Positions 1 through 10,384 of a DNA stretch of 64,000 bases are shown piece by piece. The notes beneath the pieces are model-generated. The model was not told where the DNA came from. It made no database searches and saw only the letters and a list, made by a program, of their open reading frames with translations. This DNA is from an uncultured virus (IMG/VR IMGVR_UViG_3300005607_000414) (Duplodnaviria > Heunggongvirae > Uroviricota > Caudoviricetes). The stretch's first letter is position 1. Every line of letters starts with the position of its first letter. The DNA lies in IMG/VR virus record IMGVR_UViG_3300005607_000414; one strand, written 5' to 3'. The translations under genes were made by a program, and so were the position numbers.

Positions 1-261
1 TCACTCGCCCCCCTTGAGCGGGATCTCGATGGGCGTCACCATGCCGGATGGGTCCGTCCCGAAGCGGAAGAACCGCTGTTGCTCGTTTGGCTCGTCCAGG
101 AACTCGATCTCGATCATGTGCAGATGGTGCGCCGCCAGTTTCTCGCAATGCTTCTCTGCCAGTGTCGGAAGCACCGTGTCGAGGTCCATCGGGCTTACCT
201 CGATCCGATCCTCGAAGAGAGCCGTCCTGCCGACGTACCCGCGAATAGCAAGGCGAATCAT
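1..261 (-). CDS. hypothetical protein (phage-like small ORF)
   Basis: 86 aa ORF, overlaps the stop of the upstream ORF (258-261), GC-rich codon pattern. Confidence 0.6.
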   Translation of the reverse strand: MIRLAIRGYVGRTALFEDRIEVSPMDLDTVLPTLAEKHCEKLAAHHLHMIEIEFLDEPNEQQRFFRFGTDPSGMVTPIEIPLKGGE

Positions 262-464
262 ACGTCCTTCTCACTGGCGCGCAGGATGTTGCTGCGCCCG
301 TTCGGTCGGATCAGGAAGTAGTTGTTCTGCGCCGCCTCGCGCGGATGGCGCCGGATCGCCCACGCGAGCTTCCGGAAGCGCAACGGCGCGGACGCGCGCA
401 CGCGCAGCGGACGACCCAGAACAAGGATCGGAGCGTTGTTGGGTTCCTGGTCGAGGTACTTCAT
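258..464 (-). CDS. hypothetical protein
   Basis: ATG at 464 overlaps the TGA of the upstream ORF (ATGA coupling); MKYLDQEP... Confidence 0.5.
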   Translation of the reverse strand: MKYLDQEPNNAPILVLGRPLRVRASAPLRFRKLAWAIRRHPREAAQNNYFLIRPNGRSNILRASEKDV

Positions 465-697
465 CGTCGTTTCAACTCCGCGCGAGCTATAGCGGGCCAG
501 TGCTTCGGCGGCGGCGATGCCCGCTCGACCAGCAATCGCACTTCGAAGTTCAACTTCTCGCCGGCCAGCCACAGGTCACAGAGGCATTGGCAGATGATAC
601 AGCCGCCCTTGACGCCGCCTCGCCCGCCGTTCCTGGCCGGATCGAAGGACGGATGCTTGGGGCACTTCAGGTTGGCGCGCACCCGGAGTTTCAGCAT
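461..697 (-). CDS. small Cys/His-rich hypothetical protein (possible Zn binding)
   Basis: MLKLRVRANLKCPKHP...GGCIIC; GGAGG RBS upstream of ATG 697. Confidence 0.6.
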   Translation of the reverse strand: MLKLRVRANLKCPKHPSFDPARNGGRGGVKGGCIICQCLCDLWLAGEKLNFEVRLLVERASPPPKHWPAIARAELKRR

Positions 698-1017
698 GGG
701 CGGTCCTCCCGGTGGTCGAGCCAGTATCGGAACGCCGCCTGCGCCGCCTGCCGCAACGTCATTCCGGGCGGGTCGTGCTCGTCGCCGCCGTAGCAGGAGC
801 AACGGTGCTGCTGGTGTGCCAGACTGCCGGTTACCAGGCGCATGTGGCATTCGAAGTGGTAGGGCACGTCGGGCACCGGCCCGTCGCCCACGTGCGGGAT
901 CGTGCAGCCACGGTCGCCAGCCCCGATAGGCTCTTGGCAGAAGCCGCACGACTGGCCGACCGGCGTCGGGATGCGCGTCTCTTCCGGGTCCACAAGGGCG
1001 ATGCCGAACCACTTCAT
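691..1017 (-). CDS. Cys/His-rich hypothetical protein
   Basis: MKWFG...CGFC...HFEC...CSC; GGAGG upstream; overlaps next ORF. Confidence 0.6.
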   Translation of the reverse strand: MKWFGIALVDPEETRIPTPVGQSCGFCQEPIGAGDRGCTIPHVGDGPVPDVPYHFECHMRLVTGSLAHQQHRCSCYGGDEHDPPGMTLRQAAQAAFRYWLDHREDRPC

Positions 1018-1069
1018 CACGAGCGCGCCGCCTCCAACGTCGATTGGAAGTCCACGATCCTGGTCGGCG

Positions 1070-1570
1070 TCATGCGAGCGCGTCCTTTCGCAGCCACCGC
1101 GCCCTCGCCTCTTCAATCGATATGCCGTGCTCTCGGGCGTAGCGCCGAATCTTCTGGCATCTGCTCTTTCGCCCTTCGACGCCGCCGCAGACGAACTGCT
1201 TGGATGTGCCAGAGACCGGATCGATCGACTTGCCGCAGACCCCACACTTGATCGCGGGTCGGGATGATGGAATAGCGGTGCTCGGGCGGGTCCCAATCTT
1301 CCATAGGTACACGACCGCGCCGCTCACCTTGACGCTGACGCGAAGACCGGCGCGTGCCGCCGCCGCATGGATCGAGGATCGAACGCCCCGTGGAGCTTGA
1401 CTACTTCGGAAGACCAGCATCAAAACCTGATCGGGACGGAGCAGGAGGAGGTGTCTGACTGAGGAGTCCCAATAACCCTTCGAGATTCGCGGTGTGAAGT
1501 CCGCTTTCATCTCAGACCGGAGAACGATGTGTTCTTCCGGCTCTGAGCCGTGCTTCGATTGACGTTTCAC
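1070..1570 (-). CDS. hypothetical protein with CxxC...C...C zinc-ribbon-like C-terminus
   Basis: 166 aa ORF with CGVC...FVC...RC; start uncertain. Confidence 0.45.
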   Translation of the reverse strand: MKRQSKHGSEPEEHIVLRSEMKADFTPRISKGYWDSSVRHLLLLRPDQVLMLVFRSSQAPRGVRSSIHAAAARAGLRVSVKVSGAVVYLWKIGTRPSTAIPSSRPAIKCGVCGKSIDPVSGTSKQFVCGGVEGRKSRCQKIRRYAREHGISIEEARARWLRKDALA

Positions 1571-1871
1571 ATATCATGGCGACCCGATCTATCGCCGCAG
1601 TAGCCAATGCGCGTTGCCCGTCCCGCCAGCCGTCGTATTGGTGGCGGTCACGAGCAGACCGGCGTAGCGAAGTTCGACAGTCCGATTTTAGGAGGGCGCG
1701 CGGGAAATTTCCGGCGAGCGAGCGGGGTTACCACTTTGAAAATGCCTATTTCGGTTGGGCGGCAGGAGGTCGTAATCGGCTGAATCGGGGCTGCTTACGT
1801 AAGCGGGGAGAGGAAGGTGCCTGCGGCGGCTCGTACTCGCTCAATAAGTCCGGTATCGGGAGTACAAAGGG

Positions 1872-2066
1872 CCGCATTTTCGATCCGAAGTCAGGGTGCA
1901 GGAAGAGGCGCCTGCGGATCTCGGCCGGGTTGACGAAAAGGAACTAGAACTCGCCACGATGCTGGTGAACGCGCAGCGAGCGACGTTCGACGACACGAAG
2001 CTGAAGGACAAGCTCAAGCAGCGAGTGCCCGAACTCGTCGAGAATCGGGCGGCGGCGCCCCGTTAG
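1872..2066 (+). pseudogene. ku: remnant of Ku (NHEJ) protein C-terminal half
   Basis: Hand translation PHFRSEVRVQEEAPADLGRVDEKELELATMLVNAQRATFDDTKLKDKLKQRVPELVENR resembles the Ku segment DEVR...KELELA..L.....F.....D....L.ELI; N-terminal part absent. Confidence 0.55.
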
Positions 2067-2155
2067 CCGAATGGCCGGCGGCGCCAATGAGCAACGAATG
2101 GCCGCTCCAGATCCAGCCCGTGAGACGGCAATGCGCGCGGCTACGCCGCCTATTG

Positions 2156-2377
2156 TTAGCTTTTCGCGGGGCTCCGCTTCGAGACTGTGAGCACTAACCC
2201 GATCAGCGCCAAGACCGCGCCCACACCGATGGCCAGCGGGCCAGTGTTGTCTTGCATCCCGATTTCACGCGCCAGCCGTTGTCCAAAGCTGTTCATCACG
2301 TTGATTCCCCAGAGGGCAATCCCAATCCCGACTACAAGGAGGACCAATCCGCCTGCTGTCTTTCCGCTCATCTTCAA
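2156..2377 (-). CDS. small two-TM membrane protein (DUF3185-like)
   Basis: Two hydrophobic helices GLVLLVVGIGIALWG and LAIGVGAVLALIGLVL; AGGAG RBS. Confidence 0.65.
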   Translation of the reverse strand: MKMSGKTAGGLVLLVVGIGIALWGINVMNSFGQRLAREIGMQDNTGPLAIGVGAVLALIGLVLTVSKRSPAKS

Positions 2378-2649
2378 CTCCTATCAATTGAGTCGTCAAC
2401 TGCTCCCTGTGTCTGCTTTCCTGAATCGATCCGTGTTAACACAAAGCCGACCAACGCGCCGAGGATGGCACCGCCGACAATATAGTTGAAGGACTGTTCA
2501 GCCACCCCTTTTAGGATCGTGTCGAGGCCTCGGAGATTCCCTCCTCGCGTAATGACAGTCTCAAACGGGAGTTGCCCGAGCAGCGGAACCGACGGCCTGA
2601 ACCAATAGGCGACTACTGCGCCCAATATGGTGCTTAAAACAGTTCGCAT
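2374..2649 (-). CDS. small membrane protein
   Basis: 91 aa with N- and C-terminal hydrophobic segments, overlaps next ORF. Confidence 0.6.
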   Translation of the reverse strand: MRTVLSTILGAVVAYWFRPSVPLLGQLPFETVITRGGNLRGLDTILKGVAEQSFNYIVGGAILGALVGFVLTRIDSGKQTQGAVDDSIDRS

Positions 2650-2732
2650 GGTCTTTATGCCGGATCACGGCAGCCGCAATCATTTCCCGGTGATGATCAC
2701 GCCAGCGTGTCGTGTCAGACTGCCCCGATGTG

Positions 2733-5159
2733 CTATTGCACATCAGCCACCTTCCCGTCCTGGAAAATCACCTTCATGTCTTTATAGATGTAGGTAATTT
2801 TCGGGCCGAGATTAACGATCCGCTCAGGCCGTCCGAGGAGATCCTCAACCTCTTTCGTGCTTTGGCCCAAAGAGATGGTCTTCGTCGATGCGGCTTGAGC
2901 CTCAGCATCCGACGCAATAACTTCCGCTATCATCGGCTTGAGTTCCGACAAGCTCATTCGGGGGAGGGACGCCTTCTCGAACTTGAACGCCAAATAGGCC
3001 TTGTAGCGCGTCTGCGTGGTCCTCCCGCCACGCTCACTGACCGGGAACGTATCGTAAGAAACGAAGAATAGTCCGACATGATCATCGCCGATATTCGTCT
3101 TCCAGAGGTAGACTTTTTCACCCGCCTTAAAAGGACGACTCGTCTTCTTGTTTTGAAGAAACGCCACGGCACCCTTCGGCGCAAGAATGCGCCCCCCCTC
3201 GACAGTGTTTTGGGTGAAAGTACCATCGGAGGCTAAATCGCCGGTGATGCCATCTTTTTTGAGGACGAATACGGTCCCTGGGTCTGTTATACGAAGCCGG
3301 TCCGTGGCTAAACGGGTGACCTTCCAGGACGACTCGATATCGTCCTTAAGCTTCCGCTTCCATCCGGCAGTATTGACGTCCGCGTCCTGTTCCCTCTCAA
3401 CCGGTGCTTTATCATCCTGTAACTTGGCTGCCACCTCCGGTGACGACTTCCCTGTGACACCGCCATTGGTTCTCTCAGCGGCTGTCGCCGTCACGGCTGT
3501 AGCCCCATGTTCCTTTTGATCGGGCACTCCGGACTTGGTGGCAGTGCCGTTGTCCTGAGAATCAGTGGTTGCCGAATTGGTATCCGCTTTCGCCCCGTCC
3601 TTCACACGAAAATCCCAGGCCAACGCACCGTAACCTGTCCACTCCTCACCTTTCTTCATGAACCGTGCCATCTCATCGCTGCTCCATTGAGCTTTGAGAG
3701 GCACGTTCTCGGTATAGGCTCCGGCCGGTGACTTCGTAAACACTCCGATCGCGTACTCACCGGGCACGAGGGGCGCCTTGGGCCGCAATATGAACGAGTT
3801 ATTCGGCCCTTTTTCAACGTCAGCCGCGATCGTCTTTTGTTCGACAGACAACTCCGTCCGTTCAACCCCGGGCTGCGTGTCGAACTTCTTCTGCTTTTTC
3901 GTTTTCATTGTGACCTTCCGCGACGTGACGATTCGGACAGCATCTGTGCCCATGACATCCAACTGGATCAAGACCGGCTGGACATCCGTGATGTTGGCAT
4001 CGCTTGGTATGTACTGATTTAGAGGCAGCACGAACTCCACAGGGCCTTGCTTGATCTCCACGACGGCTTTCGAGTCGCGCAGGAATTCAAACTCGAAGCC
4101 CCGGATCTCCGGGTTGCGCTTTAGGAAGGGAATCATCGTAAGGACCGCAACAGGATACGCGAAATAGCCGCCAAGCGGGATGCCGCTTGTCGCAATGCGG
4201 GCACCGATGTTTGCGGCCATGGTTGTCCCGACTTGCGTTAAGGCAATGTCCTTTGCAGCGTCTTTCGCATCCGCCGCCTTACTCTTGGAGAAGGCGTGCT
4301 GCTGCGGCCTTGGCGCGAGAGTAATCTGCCACGTGTCACCCTGCCGAGCGATAACTTTGCCGAGGCTGTTCTGAAAGCGCAGCAGTTCTGCGAGATCTTC
4401 CCTGTCTGATTCTTTTGCGATGTTGAAAGTGCCTCTCCTGATCCCATTAGCTCCTGCAACCTTGAGCTGCACCTCGCCCGAGAGTGCCCCGGCTGAAACC
4501 GACGCCGGGGTGAATTCAACCTGGGCACCGGCGTCCGTTGCCGCAGACAGCAGCATGCCCGCCCCCTGCTCGCGCAGTTCAACGCGGCCACTGTTCGCCG
4601 CACCGGAGCCAGATTGGAAGGCAATAGCGCCAGAGTAGGTGCCCAACGCGCTCTTCTGGAATACCATCCTGATCGCCGTTGGTTCGCCCTCGACGGTCAT
4701 CTGCCCCGCCCACGTACCGCTCAGTGCCGCCGCCGGACGAGTCGGCTCCGGCTGCGGCTTCTGAGGCTCCGGAGGCTTGACATCGGCGACAGCCATGCCG
4801 GACTTCTCCATCATCGCGCGGATGACCGATGCAGGTACCTTCTTGTTCTTCAACTCGATGATTGAGTCGGTGTCGAGTTGGAATTCCGCCTTCTCAGCAG
4901 ATTTGATCTTGGCGCATATCAGCGCCTCATCGAGCCCGGCATCGACCAATTTGATGACCGCCTGGTTATTGAGTACGTCAGGCTTGGGGGCCGTGGGCGC
5001 TGACTTCTTCGTAACCGCCTTCTTGGTGGGCGGCGAGGTCTTCTGGCCCGTCGCCTGGGTCTGCGAAAGTGCAGTGGTTGACAACATCCAGAAAAGGGCA
5101 ACCGCAATAACTGCGGCGAGGACCGATGACATTCGATTCGCAAAGTTGCGAGTGGACAT
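2733..5159 (-). CDS. large secreted multidomain protein
   Basis: Signal peptide (VLAAVIAVALFWMLSTTALSQ); LNNQAVIKLVDAGL..I.AKI domain; C-terminal ISLGQSTKEVEDLLGRP...YIYKDMKVIFQDGKVADVQ (SmpA/BamE-like); GGAAGGAG RBS before ATG 5159. Confidence 0.75.
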   Translation of the reverse strand: MSTRNFANRMSSVLAAVIAVALFWMLSTTALSQTQATGQKTSPPTKKAVTKKSAPTAPKPDVLNNQAVIKLVDAGLDEALICAKIKSAEKAEFQLDTDSIIELKNKKVPASVIRAMMEKSGMAVADVKPPEPQKPQPEPTRPAAALSGTWAGQMTVEGEPTAIRMVFQKSALGTYSGAIAFQSGSGAANSGRVELREQGAGMLLSAATDAGAQVEFTPASVSAGALSGEVQLKVAGANGIRRGTFNIAKESDREDLAELLRFQNSLGKVIARQGDTWQITLAPRPQQHAFSKSKAADAKDAAKDIALTQVGTTMAANIGARIATSGIPLGGYFAYPVAVLTMIPFLKRNPEIRGFEFEFLRDSKAVVEIKQGPVEFVLPLNQYIPSDANITDVQPVLIQLDVMGTDAVRIVTSRKVTMKTKKQKKFDTQPGVERTELSVEQKTIAADVEKGPNNSFILRPKAPLVPGEYAIGVFTKSPAGAYTENVPLKAQWSSDEMARFMKKGEEWTGYGALAWDFRVKDGAKADTNSATTDSQDNGTATKSGVPDQKEHGATAVTATAAERTNGGVTGKSSPEVAAKLQDDKAPVEREQDADVNTAGWKRKLKDDIESSWKVTRLATDRLRITDPGTVFVLKKDGITGDLASDGTFTQNTVEGGRILAPKGAVAFLQNKKTSRPFKAGEKVYLWKTNIGDDHVGLFFVSYDTFPVSERGGRTTQTRYKAYLAFKFEKASLPRMSLSELKPMIAEVIASDAEAQAASTKTISLGQSTKEVEDLLGRPERIVNLGPKITYIYKDMKVIFQDGKVADVQ

Positions 5160-5206
5160 GAGCGTGAACTCCTTCCTTCGTGCGATCCAGATGGGCGTTG
5201 GAATCC

Positions 5207-6226
5207 TCATGAATAGCCTGCCCGAACGGCCAAGCATTCAGTCTTCAAATCGTTGAGCGCGCGGCTGTACCATGCCAAGCACTCCAATCCGAGGCCGAAA
5301 TACAACAGCCACCGGATTTGAACCATGTGCGTGAAGAGATTCATGTAGCGCGCCGGCTCCAGATTATCGAATAGGTGGCTAGTCATCGGAATTGACGCGA
5401 GCACCGCGGCCAGGAGAATCAACCATAGGGTTCTGACCGTGACATAGAATGCTCCGGGCGTGGATACCGCCCATTTTTGCTCCGTCAATAACGCCAGCAC
5501 GGCACCGTGTCGGCCGGCGCGCAATGCCGCCTGTTGAATCGCGACAAAATGGTACGGGACGCAGAAGAAGATGATTGCCAACGGAAGAGTGTACCGGATT
5601 CCCTTCAGGTACGCGCCTTGAGCGGTGTACGCTTGGATGCGCATCTGAGTGATGGGCTGGTCGGGCAGGAAGAAGCAAAGAGCGGCGTATAGCGCGACAG
5701 CGGCCACTGTGACCGTAGTAATCGAGAGGGCGAGACCGCCCCGCCGCCCCACCGAGGCTGCGCGCCAGTCCAAGAACGCTGCGGCCAGGAACGTCGCGGC
5801 GGTCCAAAGGAAAACGAGTGGAGCCAGCTTGAGCGCCTCGCCACCGAACTTGTCAAATGCGTACGACACCTCTGTTATGAGTCCAACCACGTAAAGCAGG
5901 GAGTACAGGACACAGGCGGCGATAACATGTCTTGCGTGGCCCGCGAACAGCCAGCCCAACCGCCCTCCTATACCCAAAAGCAGAGACAGATCAGACGGCC
6001 GAACGGAGCGCATCAGTGCCTTGTCGAATCGCAACACGCTCACCGCTGAACTCAGCCGTTGGACCTCTTCCCAACAGAAATCGCAGTCGATCAAATGAGC
6101 TTCGAACAGGCGTCGGTCACGTTCCGTTAGATCGGCGAAGCAATAATCCGTCAGGAACCGGTTCAACGCCGGGTCCACACAGCGCGGGTCCTGCGGAACC
6201 AGTTCGCCTTTCATCTCTGTCTTCAT
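5207..6226 (-). CDS. membrane anti-sigma factor with zf-HC2 (ZAS) motif
   Basis: FEAHLIDCDFC = HxxxCxxC followed by several TM helices; overlaps ECF sigma stop. Confidence 0.8.
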   Translation of the reverse strand: MKTEMKGELVPQDPRCVDPALNRFLTDYCFADLTERDRRLFEAHLIDCDFCWEEVQRLSSAVSVLRFDKALMRSVRPSDLSLLLGIGGRLGWLFAGHARHVIAACVLYSLLYVVGLITEVSYAFDKFGGEALKLAPLVFLWTAATFLAAAFLDWRAASVGRRGGLALSITTVTVAAVALYAALCFFLPDQPITQMRIQAYTAQGAYLKGIRYTLPLAIIFFCVPYHFVAIQQAALRAGRHGAVLALLTEQKWAVSTPGAFYVTVRTLWLILLAAVLASIPMTSHLFDNLEPARYMNLFTHMVQIRWLLYFGLGLECLAWYSRALNDLKTECLAVRAGYS

Positions 6227-6804
6227 ACTCTGTCGAGCGACCCTGGACTTTTCTTCGCGTGTCGCCTAAAGATCTCGTAGAACGTCGCCTTCGCTTCGGA
6301 GACCACTCTTCCCACGCTGCCGGGGGACCACCGCAACTTCGCACCGACCTCTTCGATGGTCAGGCCGAGCATTTTATGCAGGATCAGCACGGTGCGCTGT
6401 CGCGGCGGCATCTGATCGAGGATCTCGCGTACCGTAAGTACTAGATCTTGGGTATGCCAAGTGGCGACGAGGCCAACTTTTTGCGGATAACTGACGAGAT
6501 CGCCATCGGCATCGGCTGCGAGGACGACCTTCCCGGTCGAGCGCATGTAATCGATGATCTTTCCCCGCAGGATCGTCTCCAGCCATCTGCCAAGAGAGCA
6601 TTCCCCTCGAAACAGTCCGCGCTGAATCTGGCTGAGGCTGGCGGTAAGTGCCTCTTGGACAATATCTTCCGCATCCTGGGCGGGCACACCGGCGGACTGT
6701 GACAGCCAAAGGAGGCGCGGACGGTACCGGTCGCTAAAGGCGGTCCCCGCCGCGGCGTCGCCTTCAACCAGGCCCGAGAGTAACGCCGAATCGTCCGCTT
6801 TCAC
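6223..6804 (-). CDS. ECF sigma-70 family RNA polymerase sigma factor
   Basis: DAEDIVQEA (region 2), WLETILRGKIIDY, MPPRQRTVLILHKMLGLTIEEVGAKL (region 4); probable GTG start 6804. Confidence 0.9.
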   Translation of the reverse strand: MKADDSALLSGLVEGDAAAGTAFSDRYRPRLLWLSQSAGVPAQDAEDIVQEALTASLSQIQRGLFRGECSLGRWLETILRGKIIDYMRSTGKVVLAADADGDLVSYPQKVGLVATWHTQDLVLTVREILDQMPPRQRTVLILHKMLGLTIEEVGAKLRWSPGSVGRVVSEAKATFYEIFRRHAKKSPGSLDRV

Positions 6805-7060
6805 CGCCGTCTCGCTGCTTCGTGGTTTTGCTTGAAGCGCGAACAGTCTATCACATTGCGAACACAGGCGGTTGCTCAAAACAGAGAAAAATCCCTTGTC
6901 AGCCGAAAAAACTGGTGCGATGCTCCGACAAGAGTACTCAGAACTGGGAGTTTGGTTGGATATGTCGTCCGGGAAGGGCGAGAAGTCGAAGGTGTGCGTG
7001 TCGTTGGTGCCGCGCCTCTGAGTGCGCGTGGAGCATTGTGGACGAGTAGGAGCGCAGAAG

Positions 7061-9325
7061 ATGAGAATATCTCGATTTGTGCACATCCCATTGGCCGTTG
7101 TACTTTTCTCTCCGGCCGCGCTGGCATTAAGCGACGTGGCAAATCAAAGGGTCACTAAACAAGCACCTCCGCAGAGCGGGTGCGTACTGCCGCCCGCGGA
7201 ATCGACGTTCGTGCCTTCTGACGGGACCGTCTACCTATACTTTGAGGCGACTGAATCCAACAGCGACTACGTGACGAACGACTGGGTAGCGCCCGATGGG
7301 ACCGTCCTCAACGGAGGTAGCTGGTCCTCATCTTCCGGCAGGTATTGCTTTACCGGGGCAGCCCTGGGGATCTCCAACACGCCGACCAACCGTTTCGGCC
7401 AGTGGCAAGCCCGAGTTCTCAACGGTGGTTCGGTAGTGTTTTCCGTTCCATTCACGATCAACAATCCGGCGAATCCGAGCGGCGGGGCTCCGAATATTAC
7501 GGACGCGAATCCGAAATCGATTCCCGTCGGTGCGGATACGACGATCACACTGACCGGCACTGGCTTTCAGCCAGGGTTCAGCGCGAAGCTCTGGGTTGGG
7601 AGTACGCCTTGGCCCATCAATTCCGGTTCTCAGGCGCTTTATGACAGCCCGACGCAGGTTCGGTTGGTCGTCCGTGTGGGCCAGCCGAACGATCCGGCTA
7701 CCTCCTTCGGCCTGCAAGTCATAAACCCGGACGGCCAACCGAGCAATACCTATACTGGCCTCACGGCGATGCAGAGTTCAACTGGAGGTGGAGGAAGTGC
7801 TCCAGCTTTTAGATTGCCGTTGCCCGCAGGTAAGGATTGGTTGTTGAGCGTGGAGACCGGGACGGCAACCAGCACTAGCGACTGCAAGAGCGGTATGGGA
7901 GGCCGATACTATGGTGGCGGATATGACTGCCTCCACTCAGGAAAGTCTAAGTACTCGCTGGACTTCCTTGACAATAACCGCCAAGACGGCGAACTGACGG
8001 GCCGCGGAGATGTGAGTATTCTGGCGGCGGCTGACGGCACAGTTTCCGAGGTCGTCATAAATCCCGGCAAGAACGAGGGATGCAACTGCTTCGGAAATTA
8101 CGTCGTGATTGATCACGGAAATGGCTTTACAAGTTGGTACGGGCACTTAAAAGATGGATCAATTCCATCAGGACTGGTCCGCGGCCAACCGATCCACGCA
8201 GGGCAACAAGTCGGCGTCATGGGTACATCAGGAGATAGCACGGGAATTCACATTCACTTCATGGTCCGATACAACGGCGAAGGCGACGCCGCAAGTTCCG
8301 TGCTCGATCAGGTAATGGTCGAGGGAAGGAGGATGATCGATTACCGCGTCGGCAATTCCAGTCAGCCGATATACTATCCCTCATCGAATGGCAACCCGAT
8401 CACCGGTGGCGGTGGCGCATATCCGGAATCCGCTCACCCATACACCAACAACTTCGACAACACCTGGACCTACGTTATGAGTGGCAATCCGGCCGCAATT
8501 GCTGTGACTTTCGATTTGCAGACGCAGGTCGAGCAGAACTACGATTACATCTACATCATGGATGGAAATGGCAACAGCGTTGCCGGAAGCCCGTTCACGG
8601 GGACTGCCCTCGCCGGCCGGACCATCACCGTCCCTGGCAGCACTGTCAAGATCCGCCTCACATCCGACTTTAGCGTGACGTACTTCGGGTTCCGCGTAAC
8701 GAACGTGGCGGCGACATCGGGCGGCGGGAACGGCGGCAACGGCGGGTTGTATCAACCCGGCGATGGAGCAAGCGACCCGAACCCGTGGGTGCAAGCCTTC
8801 TACAGGAATCAATTCAACACGTACTCCGTCTTGCCGACCGACAATCCGGTCAGCCCCTCGGGCCCTGGTTGCATTCAATATTTCAAGGCGACGGACACGC
8901 AGCAGAAGACAGAAGTCCTCATGCAGCGGAATTGCACGGGTACTGTCTACCAGATCTACGGCGGGATGTGGAACAAGTACATCTCGGACGGGCGTCTTGG
9001 AGGGCCGACCGGGGCAATCGGGTATCCCACGAACGATCGCCAGAACGGACGCAGTAGCATTGACGGACAAGCATTTGAGTGGCAGGAGTTTCAGACCACC
9101 GGCGGCGCCAACACCCGGATCGTGCAGTACAACGGCACGGCGTACGCCGTCTTCGCTGGCATCCTCAGCTATTGGGCTAGCCAGGGTTACGAGAACAGCA
9201 AGATCGGCATTCCGACATCCGAAGAGTTTGACTGGGGAAGCAACGGATGCAAGCGCCAGAATTTTCAAAACGGATGGTACGTGTGGTGGACGCCGACTCC
9301 TGGAGCAAGCTGCAACGGAAATTAA
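7061..9325 (+). CDS. secreted M23 peptidase with IPT/TIG-like, CUB and LGFP-like domains
   Basis: Signal peptide; ILAAADGTV..GNYVVIDHGNGFTSWYGHL..STGIHIHF (M23); ESAHPYTNN..EQNYDYIYI (CUB); IGYPT/IGIPTSEE (LGFP-like). Confidence 0.85.
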   Translation: MRISRFVHIPLAVVLFSPAALALSDVANQRVTKQAPPQSGCVLPPAESTFVPSDGTVYLYFEATESNSDYVTNDWVAPDGTVLNGGSWSSSSGRYCFTGAALGISNTPTNRFGQWQARVLNGGSVVFSVPFTINNPANPSGGAPNITDANPKSIPVGADTTITLTGTGFQPGFSAKLWVGSTPWPINSGSQALYDSPTQVRLVVRVGQPNDPATSFGLQVINPDGQPSNTYTGLTAMQSSTGGGGSAPAFRLPLPAGKDWLLSVETGTATSTSDCKSGMGGRYYGGGYDCLHSGKSKYSLDFLDNNRQDGELTGRGDVSILAAADGTVSEVVINPGKNEGCNCFGNYVVIDHGNGFTSWYGHLKDGSIPSGLVRGQPIHAGQQVGVMGTSGDSTGIHIHFMVRYNGEGDAASSVLDQVMVEGRRMIDYRVGNSSQPIYYPSSNGNPITGGGGAYPESAHPYTNNFDNTWTYVMSGNPAAIAVTFDLQTQVEQNYDYIYIMDGNGNSVAGSPFTGTALAGRTITVPGSTVKIRLTSDFSVTYFGFRVTNVAATSGGGNGGNGGLYQPGDGASDPNPWVQAFYRNQFNTYSVLPTDNPVSPSGPGCIQYFKATDTQQKTEVLMQRNCTGTVYQIYGGMWNKYISDGRLGGPTGAIGYPTNDRQNGRSSIDGQAFEWQEFQTTGGANTRIVQYNGTAYAVFAGILSYWASQGYENSKIGIPTSEEFDWGSNGCKRQNFQNGWYVWWTPTPGASCNGN

Positions 9326-9433
9326 TAGAGGCCCAATTGCTGTCTAGATAGGATGGGCGACCTTTACGGTACGGTTGTGCTGATGAAGTGAATGTGCTAT
9401 ATAAGACTCTCATTCTCCAACGGAGCTAACATT

Positions 9434-10384
9434 ATGAATCGCGCATCGCTGATCGTGCTGGCATTTGGAATTTCGCTCCTTTGCGGCTGTAGCAAGACGC
9501 TAACCCAGTCGCGAGCCGCTAACCTGGCGCAGTCCTATGTCGATAAACAGAATGAAGGGACGGTAGGAACCTTTATAGGCGCACTCACGAACCAGCTTGG
9601 TCCGGAGATGCCGCAGCCGCTTCAGGCAGCGGGGATTCAGAGGTTGATACAGGCCGGGTACGTCGAGGAACGCAAGACGACGGTTGCCTATCCGAACTTT
9701 GCAGGCCAGTTCAGCGGCGGACATGAGATCAACATCATGGGATCGAGTCATCTGGACGACACGCTCGAACTCCGCACGGTCGCAACAAGCAAACCGCCAC
9801 AAGTGCAGGGCTCGTTCAAGACCTGCTTTTTCCAAAGTTGCGAGGCGGGTGCGGTGAACGGAGTCATCCAGCGGAACGGGCCTTCGAATCTGACGTTGAC
9901 TTTCCAGCAGAGGGAGAACCCGATCTCAGACCGGTGGGTCACGCGCAGTCGCACTCTCAACGTCTCCCTTGTTCGGGGCCAGCCCGATGCGTTGGTCGGG
10001 ACCTACTTTACAGGGCAGGAGAATCCATTTGTTAGTGCACAGAACAGCGCGTTTCGTGCGTCTGGTCGTGCCGAGGGCGGGGACATTCAACAGGAAGTGT
10101 TCGTCTACAGTTGGACGAACAAGCTGCCGAAGGACACGGTTCAGGGGGCAATGCTCAAGATGGGCCATCTGGTCGTTGATGCCTGTGAACAACTGCTGCT
10201 GAATTCTGAGACTACGGCTCGGGCGACGTGCAAGACGCACGTGAAGATGACGAGTGCAGCGGAGATGATTTTCGGCAAGGGACCAACCGACCAGCCTATG
10301 GAGGTTGCGTTTGGGAAGCAGCCGGATGGTAATTGGCTGGTAACGTCGGTCAGCTATCAGCCACCGAACTATCAGCTTCAGTAG
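9434..10384 (+). CDS. putative lipoprotein
   Basis: MNRASLIVLAFGISLLCGC lipobox-like signal; GGAG RBS. Confidence 0.7.
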   Translation: MNRASLIVLAFGISLLCGCSKTLTQSRAANLAQSYVDKQNEGTVGTFIGALTNQLGPEMPQPLQAAGIQRLIQAGYVEERKTTVAYPNFAGQFSGGHEINIMGSSHLDDTLELRTVATSKPPQVQGSFKTCFFQSCEAGAVNGVIQRNGPSNLTLTFQQRENPISDRWVTRSRTLNVSLVRGQPDALVGTYFTGQENPFVSAQNSAFRASGRAEGGDIQQEVFVYSWTNKLPKDTVQGAMLKMGHLVVDACEQLLLNSETTARATCKTHVKMTSAAEMIFGKGPTDQPMEVAFGKQPDGNWLVTSVSYQPPNYQLQ

